The notes under the pieces are model-generated. The model made no database searches, had not been told where the DNA came from, and saw only the letters and a program-made list of their open reading frames with translations. A program made the position numbers and the translations under genes. A stretch of 59,241 bases of DNA, counting the filler, from Dirinaria sp. TL-2023a (lineage: Eukaryota): the NCBI GenBank assembly GCA_051941275.1. It is 2 parts of 2 records of this genome, joined end to end, with 100 filler letters (N's around TTAATTAATTAA, not from the genome) between each part and the next. Parts side by side here need not be neighbours in the genome. Positions count along the whole stretch, not along the records: positions 1 to 29,600 come from JAVEBF010000113.1; positions 29,701 to 59,241 come from JAVEBF010000114.1. One strand, given 5' to 3'. Positions 25,124 through 36,821 of this stretch are shown here, piece by piece (within the stretch, counting starts at the first letter, position 1; each line of letters starts with the position of its first letter).

Positions 25124-26390
25124 ATAGGGAAGATGGTGGGAGGCATTAAATATTGTCTCGTCATGCACATACTGTAGAGAGATACACGGCGCATGGGATA
25201 CTGAACGTTCACTCGATGTGGGCTGTGGCATGGAGGGCTGTTTGGGATAGGCACGGTGGCATCGGATCTTTTACGTCCACTCGCAGGCTCGGAAAGGGAA
25301 ATTGGTCTGCGCGCATTGACAGTCGAGGGCAGCATATAGTGGTCGCGAATAGGATAGATCTGCACACCATGTCCAAGAGGGACGGGAAAACGTTTGCAAG
25401 CCAGAGATAGAAACACATCATCATCACAGCACCACCTGTCGTTCGGATGGTGGGCACGGAGCATTTCAGCAGATCGCGATGTGATCGCATACAGGAATAA
25501 TGAGATCTTATCACTACAGTATCTATCAGCGGGTGTCCCTGTTTCACGATCGATACTCGACGGTTGATTCTCTTTTCCCGCTACCCGCCGCGGAGGGTTC
25601 GGCTGGGGGTGGGATGGCATTTAATATTTAATATTTATTCTTGGATGCGAGGTACGCAAAATATGCGACTGGAGCGCATTTTGGGAGGGGAAGTTGGAGG
25701 GATGTGTACGGAGTACTGTACGAGTCTCAGGATGAGGTGCTGTGGAACTTGGAAGCCTGGTTGTAGAGAAACGCAAGAAGAAAAGACCTGATCAGAGCGA
25801 ATCCAAGACACGGTGCCGGAACCGACAAGATGCTTCTTTCCTAGAAGTTCATTTTCCCGTACTCAGAATAAGGGATTCGACTGCATACTACTGGATGTAA
25901 TCTACGTGTAACTCGCTCTTGAAAAAGAAATAATCTTATCAGGTATCGATTATCACCAGGCAGATGGCGGAAGCTTAGTACATTATCAAGTAAGCGAACC
26001 AGGCCGACCTCTCGCCTTTACTTGCCTGGAACAGCAAGAGACCGCCACCTGGGAACGTCGGCACGAGGGCCAGCGGGAGAGGGTGACCGGTGACCCTAGG
26101 TAGGGTAGTAGTAGGTGGTCCCTAAGGTACTTAAGGTAAGACTACCTTATTCTCTCAAAGCGGCTTGACCTGCTATTATTGAGGCTGGACCGGGCGCATG
26201 ATGGCTTTATTGGTCCGGGGGCAGCATCGGATATCGATTCAATACTTCGACTTCCACTTCGTCGCCTAAAGCAGACGAGTGAGGAAGCACTAGATGAGGT
26301 GCCACGGAATAAGGTAATGAACATGATCGAGCCCAGGCGGAGAAAAACGCAATAGGGAGAGATGCGGATGGTGGTCCAACATTTCCCCCA

Positions 26391-26418
26391 AGTCCCGAGT
26401 CCCAAGTCCCAAGTCCAA
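26391..26418. repeat. 7-mer tandem repeat (AGTCCCA)-like x4
   Basis: agtcccg-agtccca-agtccca-agtccaa. Confidence 0.85.
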
Positions 26419-27841
26419 CCAGTTCTTATCGGTGGGGTCTCTGCAGTATCTACGGAGTGAGACACGGTGACGGTGGTGTTCGGCCATTGGGCCTTTTCTC
26501 AATGTGAGTAACAGAGGAAACGTGGTACGAGTCCCTCGATGCCGTAAGGTCGCCTTACACACCCTACGGTAGGTACAGTACCTAAGGGGTGCCGTGGACC
26601 TCGACTTCTTTAGGGTACGAGTACTTGTAGGTACGGTAGGTAGTACCGTATTCTGTTTTACTCCCGCACTTTTTCACCCTCCCGCCGTCCGGGCAGGATC
26701 CGAGACTTGACTCAAAGCGATTTAGAACAATTTCGGAATTTTTCGTGGCCTGACGAGCACGCGGGTCTAGAATTATGCGACTAAAATACTGTACCGTACA
26801 TTATGTACAGTCCTATGCGGGCTCGGTGAGATCTGCGAGTACGAGTATGTACAATATTAGTACTTTACTTTAACATTCCTCCTTTTCCTCCCTTCTGATG
26901 AGACAGGCTGGTAGAAAGATGTGAAGCTTGTTGTTTGGTGGAGAGGAACATCAGGAGTGAGTATTCGAAGCGAGGACGAGACTGCGATGCCCAGACAGTT
27001 CTGGGCTTGGCAGCGACCAAGTGATCATCAGGGCGCGTCGCCGGTTTTTCGCGGGTGCCACATGGAACTGGAAGCAAGATAGCCTCGATAGTTCTGGACG
27101 GGAAATGCCTTACATTGGCCTTTACTGGTTTCGGGGTCGCGCTTGCCTTAGTTCGTGGTCACAATTACGGGTACCTTTAAAGCTGAACAGTAGTGAACAG
27201 TTAGTGCCCTTTTTAGTGAATATCCCATCCGGTGGCTTATGCACACCATAATCAACCTCCATAGTATGATAGTAGTCCCAACCCAACCAGGACAGCCGGC
27301 ATGCGCCCAGGCGTTCCAAGCGCACAATCCGCTCCTCAGAGGCTCAGAGACAATTTACACATCCAACTCCCATGCCCGCCACGCACAGACAAACCTGCCG
27401 CATTGGGGCAACAGCCTCTACCTACTGCACGCCCACTACACTACTGACACTACTCCCACATCTCCTCCCCACCACCATGCACGCCCAACTTCCTAGCCTA
27501 GTCCACATGGCGACATACAATAATAATCCTGGCTCCTTCACTCTGCTTTTCAATATCATCCCTCCGCCCCGCCTACAGCAGTGCTTCGACTCCGTCAGCA
27601 AGCTTGAGGAGGAGAATCTGAAAGGTCTTCTCACCCACTTTCCCCATTGACCACGGCCACCCTCGCTACAAGGCCGACTCTCGCTGTCCGCGGACCGTAC
27701 TCGTACTTCTCTCCTCGGTATCACGCAGGCATTCTTTCTCCCATAGGCAGCAGTCCGAGTTCGCTGTCGCCTCGTGGCGTAGTGGTATATGGACGGCTAG
27801 ACTGAACAGGCCATGTTGGAGACAAGACAACGGCCAAGGCC

Positions 27842-29143
27842 ATGTCGACGGAAGACATGAATCAACCCCTCACTGGAGCTCGAAGCAAAATATTATACTC
27901 ATGCAGGAATACGAGGGTCGTACCAGCTGGGGAGATCATCAGCCAGAGTGCAAAGATACAGGTACAACGGTCAAGACCGCGGCCAGGCCGAAGCAGGTGG
28001 AGAATTTCCTCGGTGCAGTGGACTCAATGCTGGATATTGGCTATCGTGATTCTGTCGACTCTGTGTGCACCCACAGAAGCATCAGGTCGCAGGAAAAGTT
28101 ATGGGAGATTTGTACGGCAGGAAGAAATCATTCTTGACAAGTCACCGCCACCTCAAATAGACTTACTCCGTCGAGGTGGCGACGGTGGCCCATTGCAGGC
28201 AGCAAAGGCTCAGGCCTCTGCAAGTGCTACTTCGACGTCGCTAGGCCCCATGACAACGGCCGATATGCGTCCGGAGTTCTCTTCCCCTGCGACGGCTGTA
28301 GCATCAACAGCCACAGGCCTCTCGTCCATCGTTGCTCCCGAGGGCGACTCCACCTCTTCCGCAGCTCCCGCACAGACCTCCATCATCAGCGCCGGAGGCA
28401 GCAGCTCCTCTGCTCCCAAAGCGTTCGACGGTGGCCTTGGTAACAACTACACCGATTCCAGCTGTCCCCTCTTCCTCAACTCCTTCCTCAACAACGAGAC
28501 CTTCACGGATTGCATGCCCTTCAGCCTACTCCTCCAGACATCCATGTCATTCTTCGCCGCCTCCAAATCCGCCTCCACGGTGGCCAAAGTGCTCGACTCC
28601 TCCTGCCACGTCGTGGTGCCCGCATGCACATCTCTCATGTCCTCGCTCGCGCAACAGCTCAAGCAAGACAGCAACTGCGGCGAAGATTATCGTCGGCAGA
28701 ACCCCATGGTCCGGCAAGCCTACAATGGCCTGGTGGCTTACTCCCCACTGTATCAAGCCAGCTGCATGAAGAACCCCAAGACGAACCACTACTGCTTCGT
28801 GGACGCGGTAACGAACATGAGCAATCCCTCGGATTCATATGTTTACTACCTACCGTTGGGTATGCCGCTGCCGAGCGGGAGCATACTGACGTGCTCAAGC
28901 TGTCTCAAGGAAACGATGGGGATCTTCAACATCGCCGCGGGAAACAAAAGCCAGCCCGTCAACACGGATTACAGCGCGGCGGCGCAGATGATCAATCTCG
29001 GCTGCGGACCGGGCTTCGTCAATCAAACCATACCCAAGGGGGCCGCGTATGGTGCCGGTTCAGCATCTGGCAAACCTTCGTTGGTGCTGAGTTTATCCGC
29101 GGCGGCACTTGTCACATGGGCCACACTTGTACAGCTATCATGA
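27842..29143 (+). CDS. Secretory/GPI-anchor-like Cys-rich protein (DUF7729-like, from recall)
   Basis: Hydrophobic segment WILAIVILSTLCAPTEA, Ser/Thr/Ala-rich linker, Cys-rich domain (FDGGLGNNYT..SCP.FLNSFL...C.PFSLLLQTS.SFF) and a hydrophobic C-terminal tail. Strong GC3 bias supports coding. Confidence 0.8.
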   Translation: MSTEDMNQPLTGARSKILYSCRNTRVVPAGEIISQSAKIQVQRSRPRPGRSRWRISSVQWTQCWILAIVILSTLCAPTEASGRRKSYGRFVRQEEIILDKSPPPQIDLLRRGGDGGPLQAAKAQASASATSTSLGPMTTADMRPEFSSPATAVASTATGLSSIVAPEGDSTSSAAPAQTSIISAGGSSSSAPKAFDGGLGNNYTDSSCPLFLNSFLNNETFTDCMPFSLLLQTSMSFFAASKSASTVAKVLDSSCHVVVPACTSLMSSLAQQLKQDSNCGEDYRRQNPMVRQAYNGLVAYSPLYQASCMKNPKTNHYCFVDAVTNMSNPSDSYVYYLPLGMPLPSGSILTCSSCLKETMGIFNIAAGNKSQPVNTDYSAAAQMINLGCGPGFVNQTIPKGAAYGAGSASGKPSLVLSLSAAALVTWATLVQLS

Positions 29144-29419
29144 ACCGAACCGAATCGAATCAACCTCACTCATCATACAATCATCGTCTGCAACAACCTT
29201 CATCAACCAACGCCTTCACAATATCCCTCCTCGCCTCCGCCCTTGCATTACTTTTCTGTACATACTTTACACCCATACCTACTTGGAAATAACTTTAACG
29301 GCATCATTTGTTTCACGAAAAACTGTGTATTAGATATTTAGGTCGCATTATACCACTGGGTTCAGGGCGGGGCAAAGGGTAGCATTCGGGAGTTTATTTT
29401 CACAAGCTGGTGGGGCCGG

Positions 29420-29443
29420 CATCATCATCATCATCATCATCAT
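29420..29443. repeat. Microsatellite (CAT)8
   Basis: Read directly. Confidence 0.92.
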
Positions 29444-29600
29444 GCCTCTTTGGATTTTATGTGTGTAAGGGGGAAGAAAAAAGCCTTAGCAGCATGCATC
29501 AAAAAAATAAATAGCATTTGTATATTCTTGCATAATGTCACAGTAATTTATACTTTGATATTGATCCTTCATTCCATCCAATATATATACATGTATACAG

Positions 29601-29700
29601 NNNNNNNNNNNNNNNNNNNNNNNNNNNNNNNNNNNNNNNNNNNNTTAATTAATTAANNNNNNNNNNNNNNNNNNNNNNNNNNNNNNNNNNNNNNNNNNNN
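29601..29700. other. Assembly gap with artificial stop-in-all-frames linker
   Basis: 44 N + TTAATTAATTAA (29645-29656) + 44 N = 100 nt. Confidence 0.97.
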
Positions 29701-30365
29701 CCCATTCTCCTCCCCCGCTCCATCCACCCCATCATCGGGAAAAGGAACAAACATCATCTCCACACCCCTTAAATCGGGCGTGAGATCCGAGTCAAAACAG
29801 CCCGTGATGTACGCGCGCGTCGCGTCGCGGCCCGCGAAGAAATGGTACGAGCCGCCGGGGCCGTAGAATTGAGGCGAGGCGGACACGTCGTAGATGGAGC
29901 CGTTGAGGGCGAGGTAGATGGGGAGGGAGGGGTTGGTGCCGTCGTAGGCGCGGAGGTCGGTGTCGGTGAGGGAGATGGGGCCGCGCTTTTTCGGGGGAGA
30001 TTTTGGCAATTAGTTTTTTTTTTTTTCAAGGTTGGGATTTTGGTCGGTATAGGGATGGGGATGGGGAGACATACAAGCCAGGCTTTTATGCGCGCGGGCC
30101 GCGTGTACGCCGGGCGATAGCCCCAGAGGATGGAAGTCCCCGTTAGGAAATACGAGAGCGTGATGCTGAGGAGGCAGAGGCCGGCGAGTACGCGCAGGAT
30201 ATCGAGGGTCGAGATGGAGATGCGGGGGTGATTTTCTTCTTCTTGTTTCTTCGTGGTGGTGATCATTGGGGGGGACGAGTCTTCTTTGGAGGAGATGGAG
30301 GGAGAAGAGACATCACTGCGGTCTGAAATTGGGGGAGATTTGCGCGTGCGAAGCGTGTCTGACAT
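29701..30365 (-). CDS. Cytochrome b5-like heme/steroid-binding (MAPR-family) membrane protein, 3' end lost in gap
   Basis: N-terminal TM segment, intron about 30074-29986, then LRAYDGT..SLPIYLALNGSIYDVS...YGPGGSYHFFAGRDATRAY.TGCF. Confidence 0.9.
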
Positions 30366-32916
30366 TTTTGATCTTGGATAGCTAAGATGGGAGGAGACCG
30401 GTATTTAGATATGGTAGGAATATGTATTTGGCGGGATGGGGGAGACGTCAGACGCGGGCTTGGCGCAGCAGGTTCGGGGAATGAGAGCGTTTGCCGAATC
30501 GCGCATTATCATATTAGTTACTTTCTTCTACGATTCAAGCCTGATTTGCGTACTTTCATTGTGTTAATATACTAAGGGACTAGAAAGCGCAGAATCTAAT
30601 CAGCATATACCTTTTCAGTGCTAGATGGCAAGACACTTCTACGTGCAGCACCGCTCCGAATGCAACCTCCCTCCTCTACCTTGTATCTCATCCCTTCCCT
30701 TCGAGGAGATTTACACCTCTGTCCTCCTGCTCAAAAGCTACTAATAACCTCATGATTGCACCGTTCGCCGAATACCCAGTCTAAAATTCCTCTCCCGACC
30801 TGGTAAAAACCTACCTCTCCTACGAGTAACAAAATCAATGCCGCAACGAAGCTCTAGCGAATCCCTCTACGCGAAGCCCAATCTCCATTATCGGCGTGAT
30901 TCTGTTCAGCGTGTAGATCGGGGAAGAAGCATGTCTCAGATGCAGGTACTCGCGGTGCTTATAAACATGGGGCTTTGAGACGAGAGAAAATGCAAGAAAG
31001 GGCAGTGGACAACCTGAGGTGGAGAATGAGAATTATAGAATAACTCGTTCAAGGGATGTGACGCGCTGGACACAGCGGATATGAATTAGGTCTTGCACGT
31101 GTACATGCATATCTTGTCCTTGACCAAAGAGTTGCGACGATGAGGGATGCGTTACGCATGCTGGAGGAGCTGAGGACTGTTAGTAGGCTTGGGAAGGATA
31201 ATGAATTTATCTTCGAGACAATTTTGAAGACCCTCTGAAGAGGGAAACACAACTCCAATCCTCTCTCCGTCAAAGGAGCGCTCAATCCATCATCGCATGG
31301 GCAGGACTGTAGCCATGCTGCGGTCACGAGTATTGAAGGCTCGTCTGCAGCGTGGCATAACCCTTACATGGCAAGAGAAATATCCCTGAGATGCAGAACC
31401 GGTCCAGGGATCGGTGCTCATAGGATAGCTTCTAGCCGTTAAGAAACATATATACACGACCTCTCTCTTTTTCTCTTTGTTTCCCCCCCCCAAAAAAGGA
31501 GATTTACCGCGGAAGAAACTCCCAGGATGACAATAACAATGACGGGAATGTGACAAAAAAGTTCCGTTCTAGATACCTAGATAAATGGTGTAGATTTAAG
31601 GCAAGGCAAGGTAAAGTAGGGTCCTTCACGAAAGAGTACCGAAGTGAAAGATAGCAGAAAAGGGAACGCTCGAGTGCGTGAGTTTGAGATGAAGGGGGGG
31701 AATTTCACGTCAATTGAAGGTTGCTTTCTAATGAATGAAGTATCTATCTCCTACCACCAAAGAAAAAAAAAAAGGGGGGGGGGCGATTATAAAAAAAACT
31801 GGGGCATGCTCTTACTTCACGAAGTTTGTATTAAGTCCTAAGCAGCAGAGCTTTAAATCTCAGGCGAGTTTAGATGAACTCTTCTTCTATTTTACAAAAT
31901 TTCACTATATTTTTCGAACAGAAAAAAAAAAAAAGAGTTTGATCCTTTGTGCTCTTAGCTGCATGCTTTGACTCCTCTTCCCCCAATGTAGGGCTCATAA
32001 TTAGCTGTTTCGGCTCTACGGCGACAAGAATCGGTTTCCCCTAGAGCGAAAGAAGATTGTGCAAGATTGCTCTGTGGGAGTGGTGGTATTTTAGAGAAGG
32101 AGGAGGAGCAGAAACGTCACAACCCACTCCTGACCCACAAGCGAGTATGTTCTGCGTCAGAAACACATGTGTCAAGGATGGCTTCGTGGCCTATCCCTGA
32201 CTGCCCCTTTACTGACTGTATGGAGGTTTTCGAATGTCCGGGAGGGCTGGATTCGGGTTGCTCAGAGATGGAATGTTGGTAAAGGATTTGTGAAATTAAT
32301 AGATTGAAATGGAGTCTGTACAAAAAATCGGAGACGGATTCTGAAGTGCTGGTGCGGGTTCAAAAAATCCGAGAGACTCCCTCTCAAGGAGCCGGGCTAG
32401 TAGTAGTTCGATAGTGACTAGAAGGACGCACTCTGGCCTAAAGAGTATGGCTATTTGGCAGCATGTTGCCGAGGGTGAATAAGTACCAGGAGAGCCTCCA
32501 CCCTTCTGTTGTATTTTTCGCGTCCTCGATCAAAGATAAATCGAGGATGAAAAGGTCACCAAGGGACGAGCAACTGTATTGGTAGAGGCCGCTTTAAGCC
32601 AGAGAGTAGGTTAAGCGATGAGGTATGAGAAATATGGAGGATCGCCGCCGGGTCACAGTCGGCGATGCGGAAGACGAAGAGGACTAGGACAAGGAATTCG
32701 GTGACATGCTCAAATTTTCTTCGATTCGAAATTGACGTCGTAGTCAAAGATTGCCACGTGTACAGCAGCGCACATCCCATACTCGGATCAATGTCGAGCA
32801 TGCCTAGTTGATCCAGAATAGCGAAGCCGGGTTTTTCATGGCGAGTTTCCTAGGTGCGGGGAGTCGTAGATAGTCTGGAGACTCATAACCATGCCAAGAT
32901 AGAGAGCCGATCAGGT

Positions 32917-34318
32917 TCATCGCTTGTCCAAAATGCTCTTCAAGGTATTCTGCAACCTTTGCATGTTATGGTCCACTAAGCCTTTTTCTATTTCGAAATT
33001 CGATTGCCGTGAGACTCCAATTACTGCAAGGTATCTACTCAACAGTCAGCTAAATATGAAAGACTTTCGCATATTCACTCACGTATTGATCTCTTTGAGA
33101 CAGATATTGTAACCTCTAACATTGCTGACCAGCGATTCTGCATTCTGCGAAGATATTTCTCTTGCTCGTTTGCTATCATCCTCCTCTAGGCCCCGGTCCC
33201 AGCCGTACACTTCAGTGAGATCGACAATGGCATCAATGTAGTCGGAGCACAGCGCGTAAGTTGACATATCATCGGGAAAGGTGTCGGACGCAATGTATAT
33301 CTTGCTCAAGACATCGAAAAAGTAAACCTTTTCGAAACGACACGACGCGGCAACGGTATTCAGTAAGGCTTCGAACACAGGCAACTGCGGCACGAGACCC
33401 TGGATAACTTTACTGAAAGCCTCAAAAATGCTATAGTCGTATATCGATGTGGGATAGAAACTGACTGGTGGGTTTTCCAGGCCAGCGTCGAAAAGATCAT
33501 CAGAGACCCGTTGGATGATGTCACGTATCGTCTCTTCGCGGTAATCGTCGGTCAAGGAGTCAGTCTTATGGACGAACACCGAGTATTTGATCTCGGGAAA
33601 TAATTGTTGGAGATGTACGATCGTTTCCGTCAATCTACCAATGGCTTCCATATAATTATCCTGGGCATCCAAGACCCAGATCATGGATCCGACACCGACA
33701 AAGATGCTTTCTGCATCAAAGCTGGGGTCGAGGTAGTCGATCTGTCCTGGTAGGTCCCATACTTGGAAATCCATGAAAGAACTGTACATGGTGTCATTAC
33801 GTGAGCTATCAGGAGGTGGCACATTTCCTACTGCATGGCTTCTTTATTTATGGTCGTGGTCGCTTCTAAGAACAACGTCTCATTCGGAGCCATCTTGTGG
33901 AAGACAACGTTGGAGATGGAAGACTTGCCACTTCTGATGGAGGATCTTAGCAAGAATGAGCCCATGAAATTAAAAGTCCTTGATTACCTCTTCAAACCCA
34001 TCAACAGCAGGCGAGGCTTATTCTCGACATGGTAGATATTGGCGGTGCTGTTGGTATCTGAAGCGGTAGATGTTCCAGCACTATCTTCATCCTCGCTTCC
34101 TTCATCATCTATTGTTCTAGAAGCAGTTGGTATCGACTCCTGTAACAAAGAAGTCAATAAATTAAGCCAGCAGCGCTACACGGTCAGTGGAGAAGGCTGC
34201 AGTAAAAATTGAAAGCATAATTTCGATAAATTGAAGCAGTTTCCGACAAGACTATGTCGGGTTGAAATTTACAGGAAAAGAGAGCACTTTCTTCATACCT
34301 TGATTTCGCCATCGCCAT
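32917..34318 (-). CDS. gtr2: Rag GTPase Gtr2/RagC-D (TORC1 amino-acid signalling); 5' exon(s) uncertain
   Basis: [18 protein letters not shown]-loop, [25 protein letters not shown] and [17 protein letters not shown]. At least 3 GT-AG introns resolved. The last exon ends LDKR-stop at 32917. Confidence 0.9.
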
Positions 34319-34608
34319 TATCTCCTTCTGACGTGGCGCTCCCGGACATAATATCTGCCTTGTGAGGCTCGAGGCCTCACTGAACGCACTCTTGCTTGAA
34401 CAGTAAACCGTCGATGTCAATTGCGAATAATAAAGTAGAGATTAAGCAGAATGAGTGAGCTGCGCAGAGCCCGTGGGCTAGGTAAAGGAGACTGTACACT
34501 GCAAATTGTATAGCCAGCCACAGAGGCTGTTGAGAGCCATTACTGGTACAGCAGTACCTTGAACAACAGCTTCGGGTTCCCGAGCCGAACCCCGCAAACT
34601 GCTCAGTG

Positions 34609-34616
34609 TCACGTGA
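34609..34616. promoter_or_regulatory. E-box TCACGTGA upstream of gtr2
   Basis: GTCACGTGAG about 290 bp upstream of the putative gtr2 start. Confidence 0.35.
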
Positions 34617-34885
34617 GCTCTCTATGCGCAGGGTACAGGCACGAAAAATGACAGAAATAATCAGCTCAGAAGATATGGGAATACAGACTGGGAAAGCAGG
34701 CTCATACATGTTTGGAAGATCCTGCAGCCTCAGTCCAGCATAGAGGAAAGACTTTCAGCTTCTGCTACTCGCTTAGTTGTCGAGATATTCAAATGATATT
34801 ATGCCATGCACAGCTATGATCGAAGTCCTAGCGTTCAAACTTTGTCACTTCACGGCTTCAGGCGCATGTTTACAACGACCGCTGC

Positions 34886-36016
34886 CTAACCCATCATCTG
34901 CCCAATATCTTCTGGCGGCCACCTGGTCTGTGCAAAAGACAAGCATCGCTTGATACTCTGCAAAAACTTCCTCGTCACTTCATCGCTCATTATGTGCGCC
35001 GCACCCTTGTCGCTTTCATGCAGCTTTTCTCGCGCCGAACGCTCATGAATACCAACCATGGTGACGCCAATCGGCCACGCCGCTTTGCCAATGCTGAGGC
35101 GCAAGTACCCGTCGTTGGCATCCACATAACGCCGCTCCTGCGCCGCGTGCACGATTTCCACAACGGGCTCCAGGATCGCATCTGCAAGGTCACCAGACTC
35201 GAACTTCTTGAACAGGGGCCGCATGTTTTCGCGTGATTGAAGCATGGCATTCTCCGCTGCTCGTCCTTGGGACGATTCTTTCACGGCTTGAGTCCGTGAC
35301 GCGAGTGCCGAAATCCATTCCGTGAGCACGAGTGTGAAGTACGATGCCAGCTGCTGGTACAGGTATTCCCTGCCGGACTTGTCGCTGGCAGGCGGAGGAA
35401 TAGGCGGTACCTTGAGCGAGGACTCCGGGAGGAGCGTGAGCGTAGTAGGAATAGGACCTTTTGATAGTTGGACTTCCTGAGCCTTTGGCGCAGTGATCTT
35501 TTTTAAACGGCGGAAACGCTGCAGGTGGCTTTCGCCGAAGAGGATAGCAGGTTCATCAAGCGCACGTAACTGTTGTATCAGCTCCTCAGGAGCAATATTC
35601 TCGCTCTCCTTCTCCGTCTCCAATCCTGCAGGTTCTGGACTTGAGGACGCCTTCCCATCTTTGACCGGCAGCTCCGGCAGACCCAGTCTTTTCCGCCTTG
35701 CACGTGCTTTCTCGTCTTCTTCCGCCTCCCTCCGAACCCGACTTTCTTCTGCGAGCCGTTGCCGTTTCTCATTTCGCAAGGCTGCGCGCTCTGCTTCCTC
35801 TTCCTCGTGTTTTCGTTTCGAAGCCGCTTTCGCTTCGCGTGCCGCTTGTGCGTCACGTTGAGATTGAAGGTAGGCAGCTTGGCGCTGCGCTTCCAGGTCG
35901 GATCGTTTTAAATATTTTTGATTGTTTGCTGGTGAGGAGATGGAAGTTGTGGTATTTGAGGGGGATGTGGAGGACGATGTTTTGATCGCACTTGACATGA
36001 GGGATGCGAAATCCAT
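34886..36016 (-). CDS. prp18: Pre-mRNA splicing factor Prp18
   Basis: Intronless ORF from MDFASLMS, with a PRP4-like LRALDEPAILFGE motif and the Prp18 signature YLRLSIGKAAWPIGVTMVGIHERSAREK...DEVTRKFLQSIKR. Confidence 0.95.
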   Translation of the reverse strand: MDFASLMSSAIKTSSSTSPSNTTTSISSPANNQKYLKRSDLEAQRQAAYLQSQRDAQAAREAKAASKRKHEEEEAERAALRNEKRQRLAEESRVRREAEEDEKARARRKRLGLPELPVKDGKASSSPEPAGLETEKESENIAPEELIQQLRALDEPAILFGESHLQRFRRLKKITAPKAQEVQLSKGPIPTTLTLLPESSLKVPPIPPPASDKSGREYLYQQLASYFTLVLTEWISALASRTQAVKESSQGRAAENAMLQSRENMRPLFKKFESGDLADAILEPVVEIVHAAQERRYVDANDGYLRLSIGKAAWPIGVTMVGIHERSAREKLHESDKGAAHIMSDEVTRKFLQSIKRCLSFAQTRWPPEDIGQMMG

Positions 36017-36821
36017 AGCTACGATGGGATGGGGTGAATAGAACGAATTGAGGCTCGTGAAGTGTAACAATTGCTCTGAGGTACGAACCAGGAAGATGAG
36101 GCTCTTGTATGTAAAGCCTAGGGTACTGTACTTACAAAGTGTTAGCCAGCCGAAGCCTCAGCCCACTAAACGATAACGAGACAAGCGCAAGGTGCGCTTG
36201 TAGTACCTTAACCTTGAATGTTTGAACATCATATCTTATCTAATCGCCAATCCACCAATTACCATCACAAAATTTACTTACCCCAATCCCCTCCTCTCAG
36301 CGTCATTGAAACCTACACCCTAGTATTCAGACAACCACACGCAAAAACCTCAATACGGAAGGTTCTCTAGCTTCATTCAGCTTATACCAAAGATGATATA
36401 TTTAAGAGTAGAGTCTTGAAAGCAGGCGTCCAATCCCGTTTGTCTTCTTCCGCCTCAAGCCTGGATTGGACAGCAGAGCTTTCGAATCTTTCGTGTCCTC
36501 CATTCAGATGGGATTTGAGCTGTCTGTTATATTTGGACGTGGAACTTAAATGGAAGGCGATGGATGTGTCGTGAGATGGTCCTTTCGCTATAAGTCCATA
36601 GGGTGATTAAGGGGGGATTTTTTCTCTGCTGTAAGGTACTTTGTAGGTACCTTATGTAGGTTTGCGCCTCTATCCGGGGACAAGCGGCGAAGGTGGATAC
36701 AAATCCACAGCCGTAATGTAATAATCTTACAACAAGCATCGAAGCATACCTTGGGTAACAATCCATGTCCGTCTACACTGAAACCCTTCTCTTGCACCCA
36801 CGATACAATCATCTAACAATG

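Noticed and set aside
29645..29656. Palindromic TTAATTAATTAA island inside an N run
   Set aside because: Artificial scaffolding linker with stops in all six frames, symmetrically flanked by 44 N.
30600..32900. Possible gene relic or transposon remnant in the 2.5 kb gap between the cytochrome b5-like gene and gtr2
   Set aside because: Only short ORFs and homopolymer runs. I found no terminal repeats, transposase or RT motifs, or coherent splice pattern.
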